Shown here: piece by piece, positions 24,539-33,008 of the stretch
How the letters are laid out: each line of letters starts with the position of its first letter
Position numbering within the stretch: the stretch's first letter is position 1
DNA from: a virus
IMG/VR virus record: IMGVR_UViG_3300035492_000030
Location: 1-64,000 of that record
Length of the DNA: 64,000 bases
Direction: 5' to 3' (one strand)
Notes under the pieces: model-generated
What the model was told of the DNA's origin: nothing
Seen by the model: only the letters and a program-made list of their open reading frames with translations
Database searches by the model: none
Made by a program: the position numbers and the translations under genes

Positions 24539-24828
24539 TCCTTTACCTCCCACACTTGATTCGCTTCCAACCATACATCCCAGACCCATTCTGAATCCAT
24601 GTGCTGTCCAACAGGACCAATTAGTTTGTAGACTCGCCCAGAAGATGTTTTCACATCTCCACCTTCCATCACTTCTTCAACAGCACTTGATACACGACCA
24701 AACCCATTCACAAGGCCGATAAGATGTTTTGTTTTATATCCACCACCATCTGTCACTGTGCGGAAAGACCAATGAGACATTTCTACAATTGGTTGTTCAC
24801 CAACACTGTTAGGCTTGAATGCAGTCAC
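24535..24828 (-). CDS. Hypothetical protein
   Basis: 97-aa ORF with a 4-nt start/stop overlap. Confidence 0.55.
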   Translation of the reverse strand: MTAFKPNSVGEQPIVEMSHWSFRTVTDGGGYKTKHLIGLVNGFGRVSSAVEEVMEGGDVKTSSGRVYKLIGPVGQHMDSEWVWDVWLEANQVWEVKE

Positions 24829-25085
24829 AGATCATTCACCTCGTCGATCCAGTTTAGAGTAAGATCAACATCTTCAAAAATTCTGTAGTCCCCAGAATTA
24901 TCTTTTCTAACTTTCATAACACGATCTTTATCGTCTACTGGTTGGAAGTGATAATAGGTTTTAGTTTCTTTTACCACCTTACCAGCAATAATCCATCCGG
25001 ATTTAGTCGCCAAAATACTCATCCCCTTTCCTCCGTTCTTGTTGTTCAGTCCAAATGATGAAGCTGATTTGATCAAGCTGTTCAT
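24825..25085 (-). CDS. Hypothetical protein
   Basis: 86-aa ORF. The alternative ATG at 25022 has a much stronger RBS (ACGGAGGAAAGGGG). Confidence 0.5.
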   Translation of the reverse strand: MNSLIKSASSFGLNNKNGGKGMSILATKSGWIIAGKVVKETKTYYHFQPVDDKDRVMKVRKDNSGDYRIFEDVDLTLNWIDEVNDL

Positions 25086-25103
25086 CTTCTATCTTGTGTA
25101 GGT

Positions 25104-25133
25104 ATTTTAGTATTGTGGAGGTAGCTATGTCAA
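25104..25133 (-). promoter_or_regulatory. Candidate sigma70-type promoter
   Basis: Minus strand reads TTGACA-18-TAAAAT. Confidence 0.45.
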
Positions 25134-25144
25134 CCTTTTCTTGT

Positions 25145-25297
25145 TCAGTCTTTTTCATTCAAAATACGCTCATAAGCTTCATCACAATTATCCATGATGC
25201 TACAGACAGATGCATCAATCAGGTCAGGAGATCCTGCGGTAAGTATAATCCACAATGTTATAAATGTAAATAAAATCAGATCATCCCAACTTTTCAT
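25145..25297 (-). CDS. Small membrane/secreted protein (50 aa), lysis-cassette member
   Basis: Below cutoff. N-terminal hydrophobic LILFTFITLWIILTAG. Overlaps the end of the 25281 gene. Confidence 0.35.
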   Translation of the reverse strand: MKSWDDLILFTFITLWIILTAGSPDLIDASVCSIMDNCDEAYERILNEKD

Positions 25298-25505
25298 TAG
25301 TTTTATTCTCCTTTGACATTTCACCTACCAGATGAAGAGCTACAGCAATCATACCAAGAACAGTTAACAGCAGAATCTTCCACCAAGGAACGTGTATAAA
25401 AATCATAATTGTAAAGAATCCAATTGCTAGTGCAACTTCTGCTATGAGAAATCCTAGAATAACCCATACAAGTAAGCCTAGACAAAACTTATAAGACAAT
25501 TTCAT
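25281..25505 (-). CDS. Multi-pass membrane protein, holin candidate
   Basis: 74 aa with 2-3 hydrophobic segments and a charged C-terminus (SKENKTNEKLG). Downstream of the endolysin. Confidence 0.5.
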   Translation of the reverse strand: MKLSYKFCLGLLVWVILGFLIAEVALAIGFFTIMIFIHVPWWKILLLTVLGMIAVALHLVGEMSKENKTNEKLG

Positions 25506-25630
25506 TTCTTTTGAATCTCTTGCAGTTTGATAATTTCTTGTTTAATCGAATGCAAATCCACCCTGTTTTGATAACCGTTAATCATTAATACCATCCAGAG
25601 GGATACCATCCACACAGTGAATGTTACCAT
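25502..25630 (-). CDS. Small membrane protein (42 aa)
   Basis: Below cutoff. MVTFTVWMVSLWMVLMI TM segment. ATGA overlap with the 25281 gene. Confidence 0.35.
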   Translation of the reverse strand: MVTFTVWMVSLWMVLMINGYQNRVDLHSIKQEIIKLQEIQKK

Positions 25631-25634
25631 GCCC

Positions 25635-25907
25635 TTATTCATTATCTTCTCCTTTCCAAATTGATTCCAATAGTTCTTTCTTTTGTTCTGTAGAAAGATA
25701 GTCTGCTCGATTGATAATTGCTGTTACAAATGAAAGAACACTATATTTGATGTTAGCTTGTTCTTTCAAGGCTTGGTTGAGCCTTTCGGTGAGTTCCTTA
25801 CGTTCTGAATTAATCATTAAATTCTCCTGCGATAAAATCGCATCGTTAATTATTTGTGTTTTCTGTTCTTCTGTTAAATTCTCTAAGAATTCTTTAAATG
25901 ATTTCAT
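25635..25907 (-). CDS. Hypothetical protein
   Basis: 90-aa ORF with a 4-nt overlap with the endolysin gene end. Confidence 0.55.
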   Translation of the reverse strand: MKSFKEFLENLTEEQKTQIINDAILSQENLMINSERKELTERLNQALKEQANIKYSVLSFVTAIINRADYLSTEQKKELLESIWKGEDNE

Positions 25908-26473
25908 TTCATAAACCGATGTTCACCAATTGTGACTACATACTCAAGCTTGTCAGACCACTTAGGATTCACCTTGTTAGGGTTGTAGTAGTGCGTAGCT
26001 CCGTTGGACACATCACCTATCTTACCATGAATCGTATCATATGCAACCACTTTAGCAGCATTCCAGTCTGATTCTTTGGGTTGTTTCTGCATATGCATGT
26101 CTTTTAGGTAACTAAATTGCTTAGGTTGATGAATAACAGATGTGATCGTGTTAGGCCATTTCTTTGAGTGTACACGATTCATAACAACGTTGGCTACAGC
26201 GAACATCCCCATAAGGCTTTCCGATCTTTCCTCGTATACAACAGCCTCAAAGAGCTTCTTGCACTGAGAACTTTGAGAGCACCAAAGGATCTTTTCTTTC
26301 AGTGTGATCTGCTTTACTGCCAGTGGAGGTAGCTTTGGAATATAAGCTGAAAAGGTTTTGTATTCAGGAACATCGTAGTCTTTCCAAACAACCCTATCAA
26401 CCAAAAATAAGGATAGTCCGATAGCTCCAGACAAGCATCCAAACTTCACCAATTCGTAAGTATTCTGGTTCAT
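25904..26473 (-). CDS. Endolysin, SleB/CwlJ-type cell-wall hydrolase with N-terminal signal-anchor
   Basis: AVVYEERSESLMGMFAVANVVMNRVHSKKWPNTITSVIHQPKQFSY matches the Hydrolase_2 (SleB) signature. N-terminal hydrophobic FGCLSGAIGLSLFLV. Confidence 0.7.
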   Translation of the reverse strand: MNQNTYELVKFGCLSGAIGLSLFLVDRVVWKDYDVPEYKTFSAYIPKLPPLAVKQITLKEKILWCSQSSQCKKLFEAVVYEERSESLMGMFAVANVVMNRVHSKKWPNTITSVIHQPKQFSYLKDMHMQKQPKESDWNAAKVVAYDTIHGKIGDVSNGATHYYNPNKVNPKWSDKLEYVVTIGEHRFMK

Positions 26474-26475
26474 CT

Positions 26476-26805
26476 TTAGAATCCTACATCCGGTTCATAT
26501 TGACATCCGCAATCCCCTGTACCAAAAGAAAAGCCAATCTTATCACCGCAATAGGGGCATCTGGTAGTATTCTCATACTCCACACTGATAAATAGCTTAG
26601 ATTCTTGCTTTGGTTTTGGCGATAGAATAAAAGCATTAGACAGCAAACCACCGCTATAGTGCTTTTTAGTGTGTTGTACTGATTTATCTTCTACTGATTG
26701 TGTGCCGTGGTTATCACCTTTACGACTGTTTGGACAAGCTAAGAATTCCCCAAACCGCCCACTACGAACAATCATGCCTTCACCGCACTTTTTACACTTG
26801 TCCAT
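26476..26805 (-). CDS. Zinc-finger protein (topoisomerase-type C4 finger)
   Basis: CKKCGEGMIVRSGRFGEFLACPN resembles zf-C4_Topoisom. A second Cys cluster follows: CPYCGD...CGC. Confidence 0.5.
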   Translation of the reverse strand: MDKCKKCGEGMIVRSGRFGEFLACPNSRKGDNHGTQSVEDKSVQHTKKHYSGGLLSNAFILSPKPKQESKLFISVEYENTTRCPYCGDKIGFSFGTGDCGCQYEPDVGF

Positions 26806-26878
26806 TTTAGACCACTCCTTGTTTTGATGTGCTTAGGATAGCAAAAAGCCCCACCGCAGTCAAGCAGCAGGGCTAAAA

Positions 26879-27253
26879 TTATTTCAAGAACATTTGTTCA
26901 TAGTACGGTTTTACGAATTTGACGAGATGTTTGTGGCAGTGGACCGTTTTATTCTTTTTGTTAGCTGTCAGATTTACATGGTGAACAATTTTTGCTGACT
27001 TGGCTTTGTTCCAAGTGTACAAATCAAATCCAAATCGTTCGTATTCTCTGCCGTGATTATCGCAGTTTTCTTGGTTGTGCAACATCACCATTGTTTTGAA
27101 CGACAGTCTGTTCTTTTCTGAACCACAGTCAAAATCAGTGAACAAGTTATCTTCAAAATAACCAAACGGAGTGAGCCAATACCCAAGAACTGATGCAAAT
27201 TCTTGTAGACTGCAAAGTTGCAAATCTTTTGTATCTTTAACTTCAAAGTCCAT
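26879..27253 (-). CDS. Hypothetical protein
   Basis: ATG at 27253 preceded by TTGGAGGAAAAT. Confidence 0.55.
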   Translation of the reverse strand: MDFEVKDTKDLQLCSLQEFASVLGYWLTPFGYFEDNLFTDFDCGSEKNRLSFKTMVMLHNQENCDNHGREYERFGFDLYTWNKAKSAKIVHHVNLTANKKNKTVHCHKHLVKFVKPYYEQMFLK

Positions 27254-27277
27254 ATTTTCCTCCAATTTAAATTTACA

Positions 27278-27589
27278 TTACAGGTAATTAATTGCTTCTT
27301 TTTTGGAAATCTTTTTACCTTTCCATTTTTGATAATAAGGTGCTTGCTCAAGAAGGTCATAAATATATACTGAGTACCACTCAAGATAAGCATTCATACA
27401 TACAACTCCTTGAGGAGAACTGTAGAAAATAACATTGTCTTCAATATTATCCTCATCTTTGATATTCAGCAAATACCACTCGCCTTCTTTTAGAATTCCT
27501 TTCTTTTTCTTCATAAGATGTTCTTCTTTACGAAGATTGTTTTCCAGCTCAATTATTTTATTTTTAAGTTCATTGATAGTATTGTTCAT
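27278..27589 (-). CDS. Hypothetical protein
   Basis: 103-aa ORF, co-oriented. Confidence 0.55.
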   Translation of the reverse strand: MNNTINELKNKIIELENNLRKEEHLMKKKKGILKEGEWYLLNIKDEDNIEDNVIFYSSPQGVVCMNAYLEWYSVYIYDLLEQAPYYQKWKGKKISKKEAINYL

Positions 27590-27611
27590 TTTAGAATTCC
27601 CCTAATCTATT

Positions 27612-27950
27612 TTAACTATGTTTTCCTTCGTACATTCCGCGAATAAATATATCTGCTGTCACTTTTACACGAAGTGGATAATCACTTTCTTTCAGGTTGT
27701 ACCCTGAGCCAGCTTTCAGCATATCTTTTGTGACCAAACTCTTGTGCTCATGTTCTAGTGATTCATAATGATCGTACATCCATTTACTGAGCTTGTCAAA
27801 TGTTTCATCTTTGAAAAGTGATTCATTTTTCAGGTAGTAGCAATAGCTCCCAACCAGCCAGAATGAGATACAGGAATTCTTGTTCTTCTTAAAACACTCC
27901 CTCACCACTTCATCATAATTTCCGTTGATTGGTTTGAATATATCAATCAT
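27612..27950 (-). CDS. Hypothetical protein
   Basis: 112-aa ORF with a 4-nt overlap with the upstream gene. Confidence 0.55.
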   Translation of the reverse strand: MIDIFKPINGNYDEVVRECFKKNKNSCISFWLVGSYCYYLKNESLFKDETFDKLSKWMYDHYESLEHEHKSLVTKDMLKAGSGYNLKESDYPLRVKVTADIFIRGMYEGKHS

Positions 27951-28177
27951 GGGTAAATTACAATTCTTTGAATAAAATCTTCTGGATCAAATTCATCTTC
28001 AATTACATCTTCCTCCGATGAGTAGTTAATTTCTAAATCATCGTCGGTGTAACAAGCCTCCGCCCCTCGAACTTCGTGATAGTAATTACCTTCTTGATCT
28101 GATTGTAAGATTACACTAATATTCCCATGAATTTTGTATAGTTCTTCAAGATGTTTAATTAGACTTTTGATTTTCAT
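27947..28177 (-). CDS. Hypothetical protein, MKxxxLIxxLEE family
   Basis: 76-aa ORF, paralog-like to 12490..12660 and 37054..37233. Confidence 0.55.
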   Translation of the reverse strand: MKIKSLIKHLEELYKIHGNISVILQSDQEGNYYHEVRGAEACYTDDDLEINYSSEEDVIEDEFDPEDFIQRIVIYP

Positions 28178-28449
28178 GATACAATCTCCACTTCAATATT
28201 CAGATTTTTAGCTTCTTCTTTGAGTTGTTCAAGTGGCATGTGCCAAAGAGATTCTTCATATTCGTCTGTAATATTATATCTGCCAATTTCAGTAATGATA
28301 CTTTGAGTGTAGCAATCTTCCATACTAAATGCACTACCAAGTCGTGAATCAGTGTCGCTAGAACTGTACAGTTCCACCCAAGACCCTTCACAACAGTCAC
28401 AAGCTGGCCGTTCATGGTAACTTTCGTCGTAAAAAGTATATAGCTTCAT
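28174..28449 (-). CDS. Hypothetical protein
   Basis: 91-aa ORF with GGAGGACTAGTAA upstream of the ATG. Confidence 0.55.
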   Translation of the reverse strand: MKLYTFYDESYHERPACDCCEGSWVELYSSSDTDSRLGSAFSMEDCYTQSIITEIGRYNITDEYEESLWHMPLEQLKEEAKNLNIEVEIVS

Positions 28450-28452
28450 TTA

Positions 28453-28566
28453 CTAGTCCTCCGAATACTGTTCTACAAATACACCGTGTCTCTTAAGGAA
28501 ATTCACACCATCCATGCTCCGATATTGTTCATCGTAGATTACTCTCTCTACACCTGCTTGGTACAT
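28453..28566 (-). pseudogene. Remnant duplicate of the dCMP deaminase C-terminus
   Basis: MYQAGVERVIYDEQYRSMDGVNFLKRHGVFVEQYSED parallels the C-terminus of the intact gene (IVDAGITEFYYKYDYRCDKGVKYLKDNNVIVYRFEED). Lies just downstream of the HEG. Confidence 0.5.
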
Positions 28567-28573
28567 CTGCTTA

Positions 28574-29296
28574 CTACAATTCAGATACGTCATTCAGTAT
28601 AGCACCTTCTCCATGAATTTCAACAGCTTTCTTATTATAAGCCATGGCTGCTTCCTGTTCGGATGCAAACTGACCTATCCAAATATATCCACCATTTCCG
28701 TCTCCAATTCTAGCAACCCAAGGTTTATTCCTATCTTTACTAAAAGATACCCCTCTATATTTTGAAGTATTCTTTTCTGTCTTTTCTTGTCGACGATTAT
28801 ATGACTGAGTACGCCTGTTTGACCATCTACAATTTTCTTTACAATAACCTCTATCTACATCAATCCTGTCTAAAGAAGTTCCTTCTGGGCGTTCTCCCAT
28901 GTCGTGTAGAAAATTTAAAAATCCATTAGGGCTTTCCTCTAACCAAGATTCTTCTTCTACAATAATCCCCCTACCACCATAATTTTCCCAACCAAGCCTT
29001 TTATCATTATAGCACCTGTGCATCATCGCAATAAAACTTTGATATTCGGGAGTATTTTTACCATCTTGATAACCACCATGCTTTCTATTTGATTCCGAAA
29101 GCATTTGACTTGTTGCGCAACCACAGGATTTTGTACTACCGTTTTTAAGACGCTGATGAGTTGTGTCATGTAAATTACCACAATCGCATTTACAAGTCCA
29201 TTTCTTTGACTTACTATAATCCTGTGCTCGGTATAAAACCGTCAGCATACCGAATTTAATTCCTTCCAGTTTAAGTTTTCGTAAAGCCATTTTCAA
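28574..29296 (-). CDS. Homing endonuclease (degenerate HNH DRID..GY..NCRW plus AP2-like domain)
   Basis: CKCDCGN...SCGC zinc motif, GERPEGTSLDRIDVDRGYCKENCRWS, then SKYRGVSF...WVARI (AP2-like). Paralog of 42612..43526. Confidence 0.65.
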   Translation of the reverse strand: MKMALRKLKLEGIKFGMLTVLYRAQDYSKSKKWTCKCDCGNLHDTTHQRLKNGSTKSCGCATSQMLSESNRKHGGYQDGKNTPEYQSFIAMMHRCYNDKRLGWENYGGRGIIVEEESWLEESPNGFLNFLHDMGERPEGTSLDRIDVDRGYCKENCRWSNRRTQSYNRRQEKTEKNTSKYRGVSFSKDRNKPWVARIGDGNGGYIWIGQFASEQEAAMAYNKKAVEIHGEGAILNDVSEL

Positions 29297-29727
29297 TCCT
29301 CTTCAAATCTATAAACTATTACGTTGTTGTCTTTTAAATATTTCACACCCTTGTCGCACCTATAATCATATTTATAATAAAATTCTGTGATGCCTGCGTC
29401 TACAATATCCACAGCACATATCTCACAGCAGGCGTGCGTACAAATTAGTGTTGCACCTACGGCAGATTCATTAGATTTGATTAGTCCAAGCAACGCATTC
29501 TTTTCACTGTGCCTAACATGTGGTTTCGTATTGCCATCTTCATCTTCCAAGCTACCCTTCATGTGTTCTGGAAGTGCATTATAACCACAAGAAATAATTC
29601 GATTATTTTTTACGATAACACTGCCCACTTTAAGCCGTTTTGAATCTGAGCATTCTGCAAAAGCTTCAGCGCACTTGAAGTATGCCTTTAGATGCTTATT
29701 TTTCACTATTCCTCCAAATAATTTCAA
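29293..29727 (-). CDS. dCMP deaminase
   Basis: 144 aa. HSEKNAL and CTHACCEICA zinc motifs. C-terminal AGITEFYY...VKYLKDNNVIV is typical of dCMP deaminases. Confidence 0.7.
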   Translation of the reverse strand: MKLFGGIVKNKHLKAYFKCAEAFAECSDSKRLKVGSVIVKNNRIISCGYNALPEHMKGSLEDEDGNTKPHVRHSEKNALLGLIKSNESAVGATLICTHACCEICAVDIVDAGITEFYYKYDYRCDKGVKYLKDNNVIVYRFEED

Positions 29728-30023
29728 ACGGTTTTCTTTAAGTGGCTGGCGAAGCCTTTCCTGCTGTTAGAGCCAGAGCATGTGTAGCTGCCACTTCCAG
29801 TATCCATCTTAGCTTGTCGAACAGTGTAGAACCCTTTTCCGTATTCTCGGTCTACTTCCGCTTGTGCTTCAGCTCGTGAACGGACATGGTAAAATTTGTA
29901 ATCACCCAGCGAAGTGACGATGTAGTATTTACTAGGAAACTTTACAATATAAGATTGTGACTCTTCGTCCCATTGTTCCATATCTTCTTGCTTTACAACA
30001 GTGATTTTGATTTCTTTAGTCAT
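29724..30023 (-). CDS. Hypothetical protein
   Basis: ATG at 30023 with AAGGAAAACAAT upstream. Confidence 0.5.
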   Translation of the reverse strand: MTKEIKITVVKQEDMEQWDEESQSYIVKFPSKYYIVTSLGDYKFYHVRSRAEAQAEVDREYGKGFYTVRQAKMDTGSGSYTCSGSNSRKGFASHLKKTV

Positions 30024-30252
30024 ATTGTTTTCCTTCAAATTCATAAGAAAGTTTCAGACAGCATTTTAGATAATTATAAAGAATAGAGTATTCTTCTTCA
30101 TCTTTAACTTTAAACCAAAGAACAGAATCTTCCACTTTAGACTTATCAAGGACAAGTTTGAGATAGATCGTGCCATCTCCATATTCTTTTTGAAATGCTT
30201 GAATGGTATTTTTATTTACCACAAAATCCTGAATTTCAATAAAATCACTCAT
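30016..30252 (-). CDS. Hypothetical protein
   Basis: ATG at 30252 (MSDFIEIQDF...) with TGGAGA upstream. Confidence 0.5.
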   Translation of the reverse strand: MSDFIEIQDFVVNKNTIQAFQKEYGDGTIYLKLVLDKSKVEDSVLWFKVKDEEEYSILYNYLKCCLKLSYEFEGKQYD

Positions 30253-30397
30253 AATAATTCTCCACATATTCTTTAGCTGCGTAGTATGTATTTCCGTATT
30301 CCATCTCACTCTTCCACTGCTGTTGAGAAAGAATAGAAAGATTCTCTACCATGTCTTCTTCGTTGTCAACATCATTTTCGATAATTTCAACAGTCAT
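30245..30397 (-). CDS. Small acidic hypothetical protein (50 aa)
   Basis: Below cutoff. Its ATG directly follows the TGA of the upstream gene. Confidence 0.4.
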   Translation of the reverse strand: MTVEIIENDVDNEEDMVENLSILSQQQWKSEMEYGNTYYAAKEYVENYYE

Positions 30398-30727
30398 TCA
30401 GAAAATCTCCATGCCTTCTACTTCACTTATGTCATTCAGTGCTTGGTACTTTGAACTGTACTTCACAAATGCGATAAAATCAAGAGGTTCTTCATCTACA
30501 CGATACCTGATACAAAAGGTTCGTAGACGGTTTTCTGGTTGAATTTTACAAGCAAACTTCGCATAGACTATATCACCTACTTTAACCGCAGCCAGACTTC
30601 GCTGTGTCACCCACCCTTTAGTTCGATATGCTACACCGGCTTTATCAAGATTACAAGCAAAGATGCGAGCAAATTTAGAAGGTGAGATGACTCGCTTTTC
30701 TTTATGATTACGATTTTTATAACCCAT
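30398..30727 (-). CDS. Hypothetical protein
   Basis: 109-aa ORF. Its start overlaps the upstream stop. Confidence 0.55.
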   Translation of the reverse strand: MGYKNRNHKEKRVISPSKFARIFACNLDKAGVAYRTKGWVTQRSLAAVKVGDIVYAKFACKIQPENRLRTFCIRYRVDEEPLDFIAFVKYSSKYQALNDISEVEGMEIF

Positions 30728-30855
30728 TATTCTTTCTCCTTCAGTTCAATCAGAGTTGTTAGTTTTGAACTAATTTCACCAAGATACAAATTAACAAAAA
30801 CTAGTTGGGTAGTCAAGGTAAAGATAAGCAAACCACTCATAAAATGATCTTTCAT
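30727..30855 (-). CDS. Small membrane protein (42 aa)
   Basis: ATG at 30855 preceded by TTGGAGGAATTTAT. TM segment SGLLIFTLTTQLVFVNLYL. Confidence 0.45.
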   Translation of the reverse strand: MKDHFMSGLLIFTLTTQLVFVNLYLGEISSKLTTLIELKEKE

Positions 30856-30923
30856 ATAAATTCCTCCAAATTTAGGCGTAAAGAAAGACGACCCCGCTAT
30901 AATAGCCAAGCCGTCTTCTTGTG

Positions 30924-31745
30924 TCAAGCGTTTTGTGGTTTTACATCTTTATTAAAATCTGCTTCATTGAACTCTTTATAATTTTCAATTACAACAGGAT
31001 CGATCTTAGGTTGTTTCTTCTGAGCTTTCTGCATTGCTTTCTTTTCCTTAGCTGCTCGTTGGTCTAGAACTTTGTGTAGGGTAGATTCTACTGCATCAGC
31101 GATTAGCTCGTCAAGAGATTTCATTTCTTGAACATTTTCGCCTTTTGCTTTGAGTTCTTCAAGTTGCTCAGAGAATTTATCTTCACGATACATGGAAAGC
31201 ATTTCAAGACGCTCCGCAAGCTGTTCATCGTCAAAGTAAAATGGGGTGCCTTTAATTACATCCTCAATCTCACCTTCGCTAAGATACCCACTGTACACCT
31301 TTTCATACAGCTTACGCAACTGACGACGAGAGAAATTTGCGTGCTCGAAAATATCCGTATCCTTTGCACGACCAAACCCATAAGTAGAGGTGTGGATCAT
31401 GAGACTAGATGTGTCATCAAGAATGAATTCCTCACAGCTAAGTGCAATGATGCTGCCAGCACTCGCACAAGATGGGCCAATCACAGCAACAGTGTGAGCT
31501 GCTGTGTTACGCAGTGCTCGATTGAACAGCATGGCCGTATCCATACATCCACCGTCAGTACATAGATCAAGGACGACGGTGTCTTCTGGTAGAGCGGAGT
31601 TAATCACATCAAATTCTTCGCTGTATTCGTCAGGATAGCCAATATCTTCATGTAGACGAATTACATAAGTATTGATAGTTTGTTGATTGGTTTTAATGCG
31701 AGATTGTTTACCTTGCATTGGAATAATTAGCTGTTGTTCGTTCAT
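30924..31745 (-). CDS. ClpP/S49-like serine protease with C-terminal coiled-coil/basic tail
   Basis: 273 aa from the ATG at 31745 (AAAGGAGGTAAATAAT RBS). CTDGGCMDTAMLFNRAL...VIGPSCASAGSIIAL resembles the ClpP-fold Ser region. Confidence 0.6.
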   Translation of the reverse strand: MNEQQLIIPMQGKQSRIKTNQQTINTYVIRLHEDIGYPDEYSEEFDVINSALPEDTVVLDLCTDGGCMDTAMLFNRALRNTAAHTVAVIGPSCASAGSIIALSCEEFILDDTSSLMIHTSTYGFGRAKDTDIFEHANFSRRQLRKLYEKVYSGYLSEGEIEDVIKGTPFYFDDEQLAERLEMLSMYREDKFSEQLEELKAKGENVQEMKSLDELIADAVESTLHKVLDQRAAKEKKAMQKAQKKQPKIDPVVIENYKEFNEADFNKDVKPQNA

Positions 31746-31746
31746 A

Positions 31747-32538
31747 TTATTTACCTCCTTTAGATTTTTCATACTCTTGGAATGCCATACCCCACATCTT
31801 AGCTTCTTCTGATCGCACACAGTATTCCCAAGAATCAAAGTTAATGAGTGTAATCGGCAGTTTTGCAAATTCCGCAACATCCAACAGAAACTCAAGACCT
31901 GAATTCTTTTTAAGGTCTTGTTGCATAATATCGCCAGTTACAACAAGCTTAGAATTCACACCTTGACGACCAACAAGACTCTTTGCAACCTCCGGCTCAA
32001 GGTCTTCAGCCTCGTCTACTAGAATGAATGCATTGTCCCAAGACCTACCCTTCACATGCTCCAAACTTAAAAGCTCTATCTTACCGTTGTTGATAAACGC
32101 TTCGTAATTACCAAGACCAAGGCGAGTCTTTAGTGTATCCGTAATTGGAGCACACCAAGGTTCTAGTTTATCATTCTTATCCCCTTTAAGGAAGCCGATT
32201 GATTTACCTTTACCTTCTGCCGGACGTGCGATGATGATACGGTCAACTTTCTTATCAAGAAGCATATCAGCAGCAATCATTGAGGGGATAAAGGTTTTCG
32301 AGGAACCCCATACTCCGACACAAATCACAAATGACTCATTCTGTACTGCACTAATATACTGCCGTTGCTTTTCATTCATTGGGCGTAGCGGAGGCCGATT
32401 TTGACGTGTTGCATCAACAGCACGCTCTTTAATATGCTCGGGAAGTCCTCCATTACGAGTGCGACGGGTATTTTTGCGAGGAACTTCAACAATATCACCA
32501 TCTACATCAATTTGTACAGTGCGCTTGCCCATAATCAC
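31747..32538 (-). CDS. phoH: PhoH-like ATPase
   Basis: Walker A GVWGSSKT, Walker B FILVDEAEDL, VVTGDIMQQDL (PhoH GD.xQ.DL block). Confidence 0.75.
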   Translation of the reverse strand: MIMGKRTVQIDVDGDIVEVPRKNTRRTRNGGLPEHIKERAVDATRQNRPPLRPMNEKQRQYISAVQNESFVICVGVWGSSKTFIPSMIAADMLLDKKVDRIIIARPAEGKGKSIGFLKGDKNDKLEPWCAPITDTLKTRLGLGNYEAFINNGKIELLSLEHVKGRSWDNAFILVDEAEDLEPEVAKSLVGRQGVNSKLVVTGDIMQQDLKKNSGLEFLLDVAEFAKLPITLINFDSWEYCVRSEEAKMWGMAFQEYEKSKGGK

Positions 32539-33008
32539 TTACCCTCTTGCTGCTTGAGAATGTTGAAGATACAAATATCTTTATTACGATTAAAGCAATT
32601 ATAACTTCTACCTAACATCTTAAGCTTCTCCCACTCCATATCATACAGTTCTTCTTTCGTGTAATTCTGTACAGCAAGATGTTTTTCTCGCCACACCCTT
32701 ACAGAAGACATTCCTGCCAGATTTGCATTGAGAGTAGAATAGTCTAGTTCCCAGTGCTTGTAAACAAAAAATTGCAGTTTTTCACATAGCTCTGCAAAAG
32801 AAGGAGCTTCGATAACAAGCTCTGTAGCATTAGGCTTGAATTCTACAAGCTGAGGAAGGTCATCTTTCTGTTTTACAAGTGTACACTCTACGAGGGTTGG
32901 TTGCAAGACAAGAGCAAAACGTTTGTTGTCTAGCGTCCACCCATCACGAATAGCGTTGGTAAATTCAGATAGGAATGATACAGGGTTGTTTGCAACAATG
33001 TTTTTCAT
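32535..33008 (-). CDS. Hypothetical protein
   Basis: 157-aa ORF with a 4-nt overlap with phoH. Confidence 0.55.
   Translation of the reverse strand: MKNIVANNPVSFLSEFTNAIRDGWTLDNKRFALVLQPTLVECTLVKQKDDLPQLVEFKPNATELVIEAPSFAELCEKLQFFVYKHWELDYSTLNANLAGMSSVRVWREKHLAVQNYTKEELYDMEWEKLKMLGRSYNCFNRNKDICIFNILKQQEGK

Noticed and set aside
26841-26876. Possible minus-strand terminator (AGCCC...GGGCT plus T-run) between genes 26879 and 26805
   Set aside because: The stem is only 5 bp with an 18-nt unpaired loop, which is too weak to call.
27085-27393. 102-aa alternative-frame minus ORF overlapping 26879..27253 and 27278..27589 (similar cases: 34485..34676, 34649..34903, 28200..28415)
   Set aside because: These are out-of-frame overlaps with better-supported genes that have RBSs and coupled stop/start junctions.
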